62,015 nt of DNA from a bacterium (GTDB taxonomy: Bacteria; Patescibacteriota; Patescibacteriia; SG8-24): contig JAHFIV010000002.1 in NCBI GenBank assembly GCA_023246225.1, forward strand, positions 1 to 62,015, written 5' to 3'. Every line of letters begins with the position of its first letter. Within the stretch, counting starts at the first letter, position 1. This document shows, one piece after another, positions 11,274 through 19,766 of the stretch. Under the pieces are notes generated by a model. It did no database searches. It had not been told where the DNA came from and was given only the letters and a program-made list of their open reading frames with translations. Position numbers and translations under genes: made by a program.

Positions 11274-11576
11274 GTCATTCCGGGCCGTGGCACGTCGGTC
11301 GCGACCGACGTGCCGTGACCCGGAATCCAGAATCGTAAAGCCAAACGTAATCACGTTTGGCTTTTTTATTTTTTCTGAATTCCGGCCCCTCTTCTGTCAT
11401 TCCAGCCTCTCTATCTTGTCATCCCAGCCTCCTCTTTTTGTCATTCCGGGCCGTGACCCGGAATCCAGAACCGTCAAGCCAAACGATTTTCGTTCGGTCT
11501 TTTTTTTACGTTCTGGATTCCGCCCCGGATCCCGGTCCGGGGTCGGAATGACAATATAAAGAGGGCCCGGAATGAC
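11274..11576. repeat. REPIN/BIME-like cassette B (two tandem units; the first carries the nested 26-bp palindrome)
   Basis: Unit 1 is 11274-11400 with core GCCAAACGtaatcaCGTTTGGC. Half-sites GTCATTCC/GTCATCCC sit at 11396, 11418 and 11440 (22-nt steps). Unit 2 is 11440-11552 with core GCCAAACGattttCGTTCGGTC. Confidence 0.9.
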
Positions 11577-12144
11577 AATGAAAAATGTCGGAATAGGTTA
11601 TCCGTTGACACAACGCGCCAGCGATGTCACGCTCCGAGCAACGCGTTCTTTTCCCGCAGAAACCGCCGAGGTAGTGATGCGACAATTCACCGACCCTGCG
11701 AACTGGGAGGGTGTGCATTTTGAAAGCGTCGATGTCGGTGCGCAGTGCAAAGCGAAACAGTACGTTTTCGCGGGGTATCACTACTGCACCAAAGGCGAAG
11801 CGCAGCTCGCGCAGCTTCTCAGCGAATTCAGCGTCCCGTTTACACAGAACGTACCGTTCGGACTGTTCACGCCCGAGAGCGAGTCGCGACGGTTCGTTCC
11901 GGACTTCGTGTTCGATCGCAAGGCGTACATCTGGCACGGTCGCAATCGTCCGGTGCTGATCCACGGCATCGAAGCAAAGGGTAAAACGAGGAACGGTGAT
12001 TTCTCCCCAAGAGCGCTTGAAAACGTGCGACTACTCCAGGAACAGCGGGGGATTCGCATCCTCCTGCTCTCAAACTCCCAAATTAAACAGTACTTCCACA
12101 ACCATAGGCTCCCCCTCAAACCGCTCGAGCCCACCGACGCATAA
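11572..12144 (+). CDS. PD-(D/E)xK nuclease-superfamily protein (TnsA-N/restriction-endonuclease-like core)
   Basis: RRFVPDFVF...VLIHGIEAKGK fits the PD...(D/E)xK pattern after a GE..LA..L element. The first ATG lies inside the repeat motif GGAATGAC; the second ATG is at 11578. Confidence 0.5.
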   Translation: MTMKNVGIGYPLTQRASDVTLRATRSFPAETAEVVMRQFTDPANWEGVHFESVDVGAQCKAKQYVFAGYHYCTKGEAQLAQLLSEFSVPFTQNVPFGLFTPESESRRFVPDFVFDRKAYIWHGRNRPVLIHGIEAKGKTRNGDFSPRALENVRLLQEQRGIRILLLSNSQIKQYFHNHRLPLKPLEPTDA

Positions 12145-12175
12145 CCCCGCTTTCCTCAAAAAGCGGGGCTTTTTT
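12145..12175 (+). terminator. intrinsic terminator
   Basis: CCCCGCTTT-loop-AAGCGGGG followed by a T-run. Confidence 0.7.
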
Positions 12176-12189
12176 AAAGTCAAATATTA

Positions 12190-12218
12190 TTGACAAAAAG
12201 ACGATAATAAGCTATGCT
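12190..12218 (+). promoter_or_regulatory. promoter of the 12273 CDS
   Basis: TTGACA-N17-TATGCT. Confidence 0.5.
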
Positions 12219-12272
12219 CCTCCCAGCAAGAGTCACCGTCCATTTCAACCCAACAACCAAAGGAGTGATGTC

Positions 12273-12737
12273 GTGCATACCTACCTCTGTCTCGTGGCAG
12301 CAGCTACCATCGTGTGCTTCGTCATTCCAGCGACGTTTCATTTCTTCATTAAGTTGAAATCTAATTTTGTCTCTTCTGTTGGTGGCACCACTGCAGTCCT
12401 CGCCTTGGGAAGTTTGAGCGGTTGTTTCTTCCTCTACAAGCTCGATCTTCCCACCGACTGCTCTCTATGGTTGCTCAACCCCTGCTCCCTGCTCGCTACG
12501 GGGCTGGGCGTCAAGATCTTCGAAACCTACGAGCTCTGCGTCAGGAAGAAGGACCTCCTGAACATGCCGCGCTACATCGCTACCTGGGCGTACTGCGCGA
12601 TGCGTCAACACCCCGAGGATTCGAGAGCAGCGATCGCACAGGTGATCATGCTGCCGAACCCCGCGACACGGCCGTTCCGCGACACCCAGCTGATCCCACA
12701 CATCCACCACCACTGCCGCTGCCGATCGGCGGCGTGA
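12273..12737 (+). CDS. hypothetical membrane protein
   Basis: GTG start 6 nt after AAGGAG; about 3 hydrophobic helices then a His/Cys-rich tail; a GAAGCGCCA..TGGCGCTTC hairpin follows at 12750-12782. Confidence 0.45.
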   Translation: MHTYLCLVAAATIVCFVIPATFHFFIKLKSNFVSSVGGTTAVLALGSLSGCFFLYKLDLPTDCSLWLLNPCSLLATGLGVKIFETYELCVRKKDLLNMPRYIATWAYCAMRQHPEDSRAAIAQVIMLPNPATRPFRDTQLIPHIHHHCRCRSAA

Positions 12738-12840
12738 ACATCGCTTCATCGAAGCGCCATCCTTCACGGGTGGCGCTTCTTCAATTCCATTTGCCTGTCC
12801 CTAAAGTGCCAGGCACCAAAGGGACAGACAGATGATCATG

Positions 12841-12869
12841 TTGACTTCGCGATATTTTGCCGCCATACT
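12841..12869 (+). promoter_or_regulatory. possible promoter of the nuclease gene
   Basis: TTGACT-N17-CATACT (weak -10). Confidence 0.3.
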
Positions 12870-12901
12870 CCCGCTACCATCAAAAATCATACGGAGGTTT
12901 C

Positions 12902-13489
12902 ATGATGAACGGTTCAAAGAGAACACTGAAGATCGTGCTCATCGCAGCGATCGTGCTCGTGATCCTTGGCACTGTGGCCGAGATCATCTACATCCGCGCG
13001 AGTGTGCGCATCGTCGTCCCAGGCCAGGCGAGCAACCTGTACGAAGTCACTCGCGTCGTCGACGGCGACACGATCGTTGTCGCGACGGCTGGCGGCACCG
13101 AAAAAATCCGACTGATCGGGATCAACACGCCGGAGACGGTCGATCCACGCAAACCGGTCGAGTGTTTCGGCAAAGAAGCGTCGCAGCGCACACACGAACT
13201 GATCGAAAGAAAAACCGTGCGAATCGAAGTCGACGCGACGACCGAAAATCGCGACAAGTACGGCCGCCTGCTCCGCTACGTCTACCTCCCGGACGGCACG
13301 TCGGTGAACGAGTCGCTCGTCCGCGACGGCTACGCCAGAGAGAACAGCTACGGCAAAACATACAGCCAGCGCGACCGTTTCCGCGCAGCAGAAGCCGAAG
13401 CGCGCGCTGCACATCGCGGATTGTGGAATCCGTCGAACTGCCCGCAGGACGATCCGCTACCAACGAAATCACGTTACAAAAAAAGATGA
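12902..13489 (+). CDS. membrane-anchored thermonuclease (staphylococcal nuclease/SNase family)
   Basis: GGAGG SD then the ATG at 12902; N-terminal TM helix LKIVLIAAIVLVILG; VVDGDTIVV, IRLIGINTPE, DKYGRLLRYVYL, VNESLVRDGYA. Confidence 0.85.
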   Translation: MMNGSKRTLKIVLIAAIVLVILGTVAEIIYIRASVRIVVPGQASNLYEVTRVVDGDTIVVATAGGTEKIRLIGINTPETVDPRKPVECFGKEASQRTHELIERKTVRIEVDATTENRDKYGRLLRYVYLPDGTSVNESLVRDGYARENSYGKTYSQRDRFRAAEAEARAAHRGLWNPSNCPQDDPLPTKSRYKKR

Positions 13490-13602
13490 ATCCTTCTCTG
13501 AGGTTCTGGCGCTCGCCACGACCTCATTTTTTGTCAGCCACCCTTGACGTGTTGGTCAAAATCTGAAAAAGTGTGGTTACCACAGAAACGGCAGGAGAGA
13601 GC

Positions 13603-14088
13603 ATGGACCAAACGAGCAAGATCACAATCGACCGGATCACCCCATTCAATCCCGTCAGGTTCATCGGCGATGGCTGGTCGATCTGGCGAGGGCCTGCGGA
13701 TGGAAACAGCTTTGATGGCCCGGAGCAGCAGTGCGCAGCAAGCCTCGCACTCACCGAAGTCAACGTCGCGAAGATCACCCTCAAGACATGCCTCATGGGA
13801 GAAGAGACCTCTGTCCATGGCGAGGAGTACCTCCAACGGCTCAAGAAATCAACCCACCTGATCCTCGACGCGAAGGTCGGTCAGATCCTTCTCCAGAACA
13901 AGCACCTCATCCCCGAGGAGTGGAAAAGCAAGTCTGTGTACCTCATGGGCACGGAGCTTCGCGGCCCCGACGGTGATCGTGGCGTCATATTCCTTTTCTT
14001 GCGCAACCGTTTGCGATGGGACTGGAGCTACATGTGGCTCAACGACCGCTTCACACCGCACAACCCCGCGGCGGTCATCATCGATTAA
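13603..14088 (+). CDS. hypothetical protein, IPEEWK...RWDWSY family (paralog of 39446..39865)
   Basis: GGAGAG SD then the ATG at 13603. C-terminal HLIPEEWKSKSVYLMGT...DGD...RWDWSYMWL matches the 39446 protein. Confidence 0.6.
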   Translation: MDQTSKITIDRITPFNPVRFIGDGWSIWRGPADGNSFDGPEQQCAASLALTEVNVAKITLKTCLMGEETSVHGEEYLQRLKKSTHLILDAKVGQILLQNKHLIPEEWKSKSVYLMGTELRGPDGDRGVIFLFLRNRLRWDWSYMWLNDRFTPHNPAAVIID

Positions 14089-14103
14089 CACAACCAACTC
14101 CCC

Positions 14104-14207
14104 GTCATTCCGGGCCGTGACCCGGAATCCAGAATCGTAAAGCCAAACGTATATCACGTTTGGTCTTTTTTTTACGTTCTGGGTCCCGGATCGCGGTCCG
14201 GGATGAC
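14104..14207. repeat. REPIN/BIME-like cassette C
   Basis: GTCATTCCGGGCCGTGACCCGGAATCCAGAATCGTAAAGCCAAACGtatatcaCGTTTGGTCTTTTTTTTACGTTCTGGGTCCCGGATCGCGGTCCGGGATGAC. Confidence 0.9.
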
Positions 14208-14218
14208 AACAGTATGCG

Positions 14219-14247
14219 TTGCCTCAAGACACAGAAAGGCATAGGAT
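14219..14247 (+). promoter_or_regulatory. promoter of the helicase gene
   Basis: TTGCCT-N17-TAGGAT, leaving only about a 12-nt leader before the ATG at 14267. Confidence 0.4.
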
Positions 14248-14266
14248 TTGATGGAACAGTACTCTC

Positions 14267-17254
14267 ATGCTCGCATCACCACTCAAAGAAAAAACCAAAG
14301 AGGTTGCGCAGGAATCAAGCCCACTTCTCGAAGGGCTGAACGCCGAACAACGCGCCGCGGTCACGCACGGTAGCGGACCGTTGCTTATCGTTGCGGGCGC
14401 AGGCACCGGAAAAACAACCGTTGTCTCCAAACGTATCGCGTGGCTGATCGAAACCGGCCGTGCAAAACCCGAGGAAATTCTCGCGCTCACGTTCACCGAA
14501 AAAGCAGCGGGGGAGATGATCGAACGCGTCGATGCACTGCTCCCACTCGGTTACGTCGACCTGTGGATCTCCACGTTCCACGCATTTTGCCGTCGGGTGA
14601 TCGAGGAACGCGGACTCGACATCGGCATCCCAAACGAATTTCGTTTGCTCGATCAAACGGACGCGTATCTTCTCGTGCGTCGTAATCTCGATCGGTTCGC
14701 ACTCGACTACTACCGCCCGCTCGGCAACCCCACAAAATTTCTCCACGCGATGCTGCGACATTTTTCGCGCGCAAAAGATGAAGACATCTCCCCCGAAGAC
14801 TACGTGAAGTACGCAGAGAATCTTCGTCGCGATGAGGATGATCCAGAAGGCATTTCAGAAACATCGCGCGAGAACGAACTCGCGAACGCGTACCACGTGT
14901 ATCAACAGCTGCTGCTCGAGGAGGGGAGCCTGGATCTCGGCGATCTCCAAATGTACGCGATCCGTATTTTCCGCACGCGCCCGCACGTGCTCGCAGAATT
15001 CCGCAAACGTTTTAAATATGTTCTGGTCGATGAATTTCAAGACACCAACTGGGCGCAGTACGAACTGATCAAAATGCTCGTCGGGGGTACCGGAAATCTC
15101 GTCGTCGTCGGTGACGACGACCAATCGATTTATAAATTCCGCGGCGCGAGCGTATCGAACATCCTGCAATTTAAAAATGATTTTTCTGGAGCGAAGGATA
15201 TCGTGCTCACCACGAACTACCGTTCTCTCCAAGGCATCCTCGATCGCTCATACGCGTTCATCCAACGCAACAACCCCAATCGCCTCGAAGCAAAACTCGC
15301 GACCGCGGACGGCAAAGGGATCACGAAACGTCTCACCGGTGCGCGAGAAGGCGACGCAGTGATCGAACATCTCCGCTATACGTCACACGAAGACGAAGTG
15401 CGCGGGGTCGTGGAGCGTATCGTCACTATGCAAACAGAAACCGCCGATCGTTCATGGGCAGACTTCTGCATTCTTGTGCGCTCAAACTCCAGCGCTGATG
15501 AGTACAGTCGTGAGTTGCAACGCCGCGGCGTGCCGTATCAATTTCTTGCGCTGCGTGGTTTGTATGCGAAACCGGTGATCATGGATTGCATCGCGTACTT
15601 CGGATTGCTCGATGATTATCATGAGTCGCGCGCACTGTATCGCATTCTCTCTTCACCGCCGTACGCAGTTCCTGGTGAAGATTTAGTTCGCCTCGCACAC
15701 GAAGCGCGAAAAACGAGCGCGTCGATGTATGAAGTACTCACAAAGCGCGCAGCGCTTTCTTGGCTTTCTCCAGAAGCGAATCACTGTCTCGACCGACTGA
15801 TCGCTGATCTTGCGCGTCATACCGCACTCGCGCGAACAAAAAGTGTGTCGCAAGTACTGATCGCTTTTCTCACCGAGTCCGGGTATCTCAAGCATCTCAA
15901 ATCTGCGGACGATGCAAAAGCGCGCGAGCAATTTAGTTATTTGCATCAATTTCTCGATCGCCTCAAACGATTTGAGCAATCGCACGAAGAACCGACGCTC
16001 CATCGATTTATGGAGGAGTACACGATGGAACGCGAATCTGGTGAGGAAGGTTCGCTTGCCTTCGATCCGGACACCGGCCCAGACATGGTGCGGATCATGA
16101 CCGTGCACGCGGCGAAAGGATTGGAATTTTCCTATGTGTTTATCGTTGATCTCGTCGACAAACGATTCCCCACGATCGCGCGCGGCGAAGAGATCCCTCT
16201 TCCTGATGCGCTCACCAAAGAAATTCTTCCTGATGGGGGAGACGTGCATCTCGAAGAAGAGCGCCGTTTATTTTATGTTGCGATGACGCGCGCAAAAAAT
16301 GGTTTGTTTCTGACGTCGGCGGAGGATTATGGTGGCAAAACAAAAAAGAAACCGTCGCGATTTCTTGGAGAGCTCGGATTTGCCGATGCACCGTCGGTGC
16401 TCCCTTCGGTTGAGCGACTTTCTGAGCCTGCGCCCGCACCAGCGCCGACAGCGCCGCACACCCTTCCTCTTCCTGCGCACTTTAGTTTTTCGCAACTCGC
16501 TGCGTATGATAACTGTCCACTGCAATATAAATTCGCGCACCTGATTCGGATCCCTTCACTCGGCAAAGCATCGCAAAGTTTTGGAAACACTATCCACGGG
16601 GCACTCGAATGGTTTCTGAAAACGCTCACAGAACGTGACGCTGCACCACAAACGACCCTGTTCGGTGACGCGCCAGAAAAATCCGCCAAAGACGGTCTCT
16701 CTGTACGCAAAGAAGAACTGCTCACAAAATACGAAGAAGTGTGGCAGGACGATTGGTACGAAAGCAAAGAAGAAAAAGATCGGTACCGCAAGGAGGGAAG
16801 AGAAGGGCTGTCGTTGTTCTACGATCAGTGCGTGGAGAAACCACCGCGTCCCAAATATCTTGAAAAAGAATTTAGTTTGAAAATTGGTGAACATACGCTA
16901 AAAGGCACGATCGATCGTATCGATGAAACCGAAGACGGTATCGAGATCATCGACTACAAAACCGGCAAACCAAAAACTGAGGACGATCTCGATTCAGATG
17001 CAAAACGTCAGCTGCTTATCTATCAAATCGCTGTCTCGCGGTTGTTCGGACTCACGCCGATGAAACTGACCTATCATTATTTGAAGGACGGTACGACCGC
17101 GAGTTTTATCGGCAATGAAAAACAACTCACAAAACTCGAAGTGGGAATCGAAGAAACGTTCGGTCGTATAAAATCCGGCAACTTTGCACCGACACCAGGG
17201 CGCCATTGCAAATTCTGCGACTTCCGCGAGATCTGTGAATTTCGCGAAGCGTAA
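14267..17254 (+). CDS. UvrD/PcrA-family SF1 helicase fused to a C-terminal Cas4/RecB-like PD-(D/E)xK nuclease with Fe-S cysteines
   Basis: AGAGTGKT Walker A, VDEFQDTN, TVHAAKGLEF. C-terminus has CPLQYKF, IDRID..IEIIDYKTG, QLLIYQ and CKFCDFREIC. Confidence 0.9.
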   Translation: MLASPLKEKTKEVAQESSPLLEGLNAEQRAAVTHGSGPLLIVAGAGTGKTTVVSKRIAWLIETGRAKPEEILALTFTEKAAGEMIERVDALLPLGYVDLWISTFHAFCRRVIEERGLDIGIPNEFRLLDQTDAYLLVRRNLDRFALDYYRPLGNPTKFLHAMLRHFSRAKDEDISPEDYVKYAENLRRDEDDPEGISETSRENELANAYHVYQQLLLEEGSLDLGDLQMYAIRIFRTRPHVLAEFRKRFKYVLVDEFQDTNWAQYELIKMLVGGTGNLVVVGDDDQSIYKFRGASVSNILQFKNDFSGAKDIVLTTNYRSLQGILDRSYAFIQRNNPNRLEAKLATADGKGITKRLTGAREGDAVIEHLRYTSHEDEVRGVVERIVTMQTETADRSWADFCILVRSNSSADEYSRELQRRGVPYQFLALRGLYAKPVIMDCIAYFGLLDDYHESRALYRILSSPPYAVPGEDLVRLAHEARKTSASMYEVLTKRAALSWLSPEANHCLDRLIADLARHTALARTKSVSQVLIAFLTESGYLKHLKSADDAKAREQFSYLHQFLDRLKRFEQSHEEPTLHRFMEEYTMERESGEEGSLAFDPDTGPDMVRIMTVHAAKGLEFSYVFIVDLVDKRFPTIARGEEIPLPDALTKEILPDGGDVHLEEERRLFYVAMTRAKNGLFLTSAEDYGGKTKKKPSRFLGELGFADAPSVLPSVERLSEPAPAPAPTAPHTLPLPAHFSFSQLAAYDNCPLQYKFAHLIRIPSLGKASQSFGNTIHGALEWFLKTLTERDAAPQTTLFGDAPEKSAKDGLSVRKEELLTKYEEVWQDDWYESKEEKDRYRKEGREGLSLFYDQCVEKPPRPKYLEKEFSLKIGEHTLKGTIDRIDETEDGIEIIDYKTGKPKTEDDLDSDAKRQLLIYQIAVSRLFGLTPMKLTYHYLKDGTTASFIGNEKQLTKLEVGIEETFGRIKSGNFAPTPGRHCKFCDFREICEFREA

Positions 17255-17274
17255 ACCTGGTATACTTTTGTTGT

Positions 17275-17664
17275 ATGACCCTCCGTCACTATCTCATCCT
17301 CATGGGAATCGGCACGCTGATTTCCTTCGGTGCAGTTCTTCTCATACTCACCATGGTAAATCCCGAACAAACATCGATTGCGGTGTTCGCGGTGTTCTAT
17401 GCGAGCGTTTTTCTTGCGGTCACGGGTGCCGTTTCCATTATCGGATTTACTCTGCGCGTGTTACTTCTCAAAAAACAGTTATTCCTCTCAAAAGAAGTGG
17501 CGGTGTCTTTTCGTCAGGCGGTGCTCGTCGCCGCACTAGTGATCGGGGCACTGCTTCTCCAAAGCCACAACCTTTTTAGCTGGTGGACAGGACTGCTGAT
17601 GATGCTCGCCATGAGCGTATTCGAAGCGTTTTTTATCTCCACACGAACAGAACGAAGTACGTAA
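17275..17664 (+). CDS. hypothetical membrane protein (4 predicted TM helices)
   Basis: 129 aa, hydrophobic throughout. Confidence 0.55.
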   Translation: MTLRHYLILMGIGTLISFGAVLLILTMVNPEQTSIAVFAVFYASVFLAVTGAVSIIGFTLRVLLLKKQLFLSKEVAVSFRQAVLVAALVIGALLLQSHNLFSWWTGLLMMLAMSVFEAFFISTRTERST

Positions 17665-17694
17665 TCTCTCGCGATCACCCAGGCCTCACTCTTT

Positions 17695-17829
17695 GTCATT
17701 CCGGGCTCCTCTTTTTGTCATTCCGGGCTTGACCCGGAATCCAGAAACGTAAAAAAATCCGAACGAAAATCGTTCGGTCTTTTTGTTGTGTGGATTCCGC
17801 CCCGGATCCCGGTCCGGGGTCGGAATGAC
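17695..17829. repeat. REPIN/BIME-like cassette D
   Basis: Half-site at 17695, full module at 17717, core TCCGAACGaaaatCGTTCGGTC, right arm GGATTCCGCCCCGGATCCCGGTCCGGGGTCGGAATGAC. Confidence 0.9.
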
Positions 17830-17837
17830 AATAAAAC

Positions 17838-17866
17838 TTGCCAGAGGTTGCTGAGACGTCTATACT
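17838..17866 (+). promoter_or_regulatory. mreB operon promoter
   Basis: TTGCCA-N17-TATACT. Confidence 0.5.
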
Positions 17867-17909
17867 TTTTGCGATTCTTAGGCTCGATATGCAACGCTGA
17901 ACAAAAAAT

Positions 17910-18980
17910 ATGTTCAACAATATTTTTGGAAAATTCTCTCGTGATCTTGGGGTAGACCTCGGCACTGCCAACACCCTCGTGTACTGCAAAGATAAGGGGA
18001 TCATCATCAATGAACCATCGGTCGTTGCGGTGAACCAACGTACCGGGCAGATCGTCGCGGTCGGTCATGCAGCAAAAGACATGATCGGTAAAACGCCGCC
18101 ACATATCGCAACAGTGAAACCGCTCGTTGCGGGGATCATCTCAGACTTCGAGGTGACAGAAAAAATGCTCAAATTTTTCATTGAAAAATCGCACAAGGAT
18201 GGTTTCAATATTCTCCCACGCCCGCGCATCGTGATCGGTGTACCGCTCGATCTCACTGAGGTGGAACGCAAAGCGGTCGAAGACGCGTCACTGAACGCCG
18301 GCGCGCGACAAGTGTTCCTGGTTGAAGAACCGATGGCTGCGGCGATCGGTGCTCGTCTCCCGATTACCGAACCGATCGGTAACATGGTAGTTGACATCGG
18401 CGGTGGCACGACAGAGATCGCAGTGATCTCTCTTTCTGGTGTTGTCACCTGGAAATCGCTACCGATCGCCGGCGATGAGATGAATAAAAACGTGATCATG
18501 TTCGCGAAGGAAAATTTTAACCTTCTTCTTGGAGAACGCGTCGCAGAAAATATCAAAATGCGCATCGGTTCTGCGATGCAGCTCGAGGAACCACTCTCCA
18601 TGGAAATGCGCGGGCGCGACATGGTTACCGGTCTCCCGAAAGAGATCATGGTGAACGACAGTCAGGTGCGAGAAGCACTCGCGCGATCCGTACGCGCGAT
18701 CGTTGAAAATATTAAAGCCGCGCTCGAGATCACCCCACCGGAACTGGTGGCGGATATTTATGAACGGGGGATCGTGCTCACTGGTGGCGGCGCACTCCTC
18801 AAAGGACTTGATAAGGTGATCTCGCGCGCCGCGGAAATTCCGGTGCGTGTCGCCGACGACCCGCTCACCTGCGTCGTGCGCGGTACCGGAATTTTGCTTG
18901 AAGAAACCGAACTGTTGAATACGATTGCACTGCCATCTTCGCAGGAAACTGCAGGGGATACACGATCGATGTACGCTTAG
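17910..18980 (+). CDS. mreB: rod-shape protein MreB
   Basis: DLGIDLGTANTLVY, actin-fold motifs throughout. Confidence 0.96.
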   Translation: MFNNIFGKFSRDLGVDLGTANTLVYCKDKGIIINEPSVVAVNQRTGQIVAVGHAAKDMIGKTPPHIATVKPLVAGIISDFEVTEKMLKFFIEKSHKDGFNILPRPRIVIGVPLDLTEVERKAVEDASLNAGARQVFLVEEPMAAAIGARLPITEPIGNMVVDIGGGTTEIAVISLSGVVTWKSLPIAGDEMNKNVIMFAKENFNLLLGERVAENIKMRIGSAMQLEEPLSMEMRGRDMVTGLPKEIMVNDSQVREALARSVRAIVENIKAALEITPPELVADIYERGIVLTGGGALLKGLDKVISRAAEIPVRVADDPLTCVVRGTGILLEETELLNTIALPSSQETAGDTRSMYA

Positions 18981-18992
18981 GAATCTCTGCCT

Positions 18993-19763
18993 ATGTCTCG
19001 ACGTAGAAATGCGCGCACGATCGCGATACTTGCAGCGCTCTTCGTGGTTGTCCTACTCCTCTTGACGTCAGGAACGCTTAGAGGAGTGACAAGTGTTCTC
19101 ACTACAGCAACGAGAAAAATCGCTGCGCCGCTCTATGCGGGAGGAGCGATATTTACCAAAATTTCGGAAGGAAAAATCACCACGATCGATACCGAGATCG
19201 AATCACTCCGAATTGAGAACGCGAAACTGAAAACACTGATCGCAGAAAATGATGCGCTCAAAGCATCGCTCGCATTCAAAGAACGCACGAACGACAACGC
19301 AGTGCTCGTGCGTGTGATCTCCCGTACCAACGAAGATATTTTTCACGGACTGCTCATCGATCGCGGAACAGAAGATGGTATCGCCATCGGTCAACCGGTA
19401 GTGTCGGAGAACGGCGTGATCATCGGAAAAATTTTCGAAGTGCAACCGCGCGTGGCATCGGTACTCCTGCTCACCGACACGCGAAGTAAACTCGCCATAT
19501 CTGTTGAAAACGACACCGAAACTACCGGGGTACTCGAAGGGGATCGCGGGCTCAGTATGATGCTCTCGCTCGTTCCGCAAACAGAGACACTAAAACCTGG
19601 TGACAACATCATTACCTCGGGCATTGAACCGGGTATTCGTCGCGGTCTTGTCGTCGGCACGATTGAAAAAGTAAACAGTGACAGCAAAAATCCTTTTGAG
19701 TCGGCGATTGTCGCACCACTACGAACCGTCTCCGTACCAACATTTTTGCAAGTGCTTCGTTAA
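18993..19763 (+). CDS. mreC: rod-shape protein MreC
   Basis: N-terminal TM helix, coiled coil, beta-barrel region with GQPVV..G..IGKI; position after mreB. Confidence 0.85.
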   Translation: MSRRRNARTIAILAALFVVVLLLLTSGTLRGVTSVLTTATRKIAAPLYAGGAIFTKISEGKITTIDTEIESLRIENAKLKTLIAENDALKASLAFKERTNDNAVLVRVISRTNEDIFHGLLIDRGTEDGIAIGQPVVSENGVIIGKIFEVQPRVASVLLLTDTRSKLAISVENDTETTGVLEGDRGLSMMLSLVPQTETLKPGDNIITSGIEPGIRRGLVVGTIEKVNSDSKNPFESAIVAPLRTVSVPTFLQVLR

Positions 19764-19766
19764 AGT

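Noticed and set aside
10178-11559. ORFs translating the cassettes (for example 10178..10540, 11209..11559, 17718..18104, 24822..25070, 35584..35823, 42706..42961, 60220..60408), all containing SFRAVTRNPE-like peptides
   Set aside because: The peptide similarity is a by-product of translating the DNA repeat. The frames vary, lack SDs and cross terminator hairpins.
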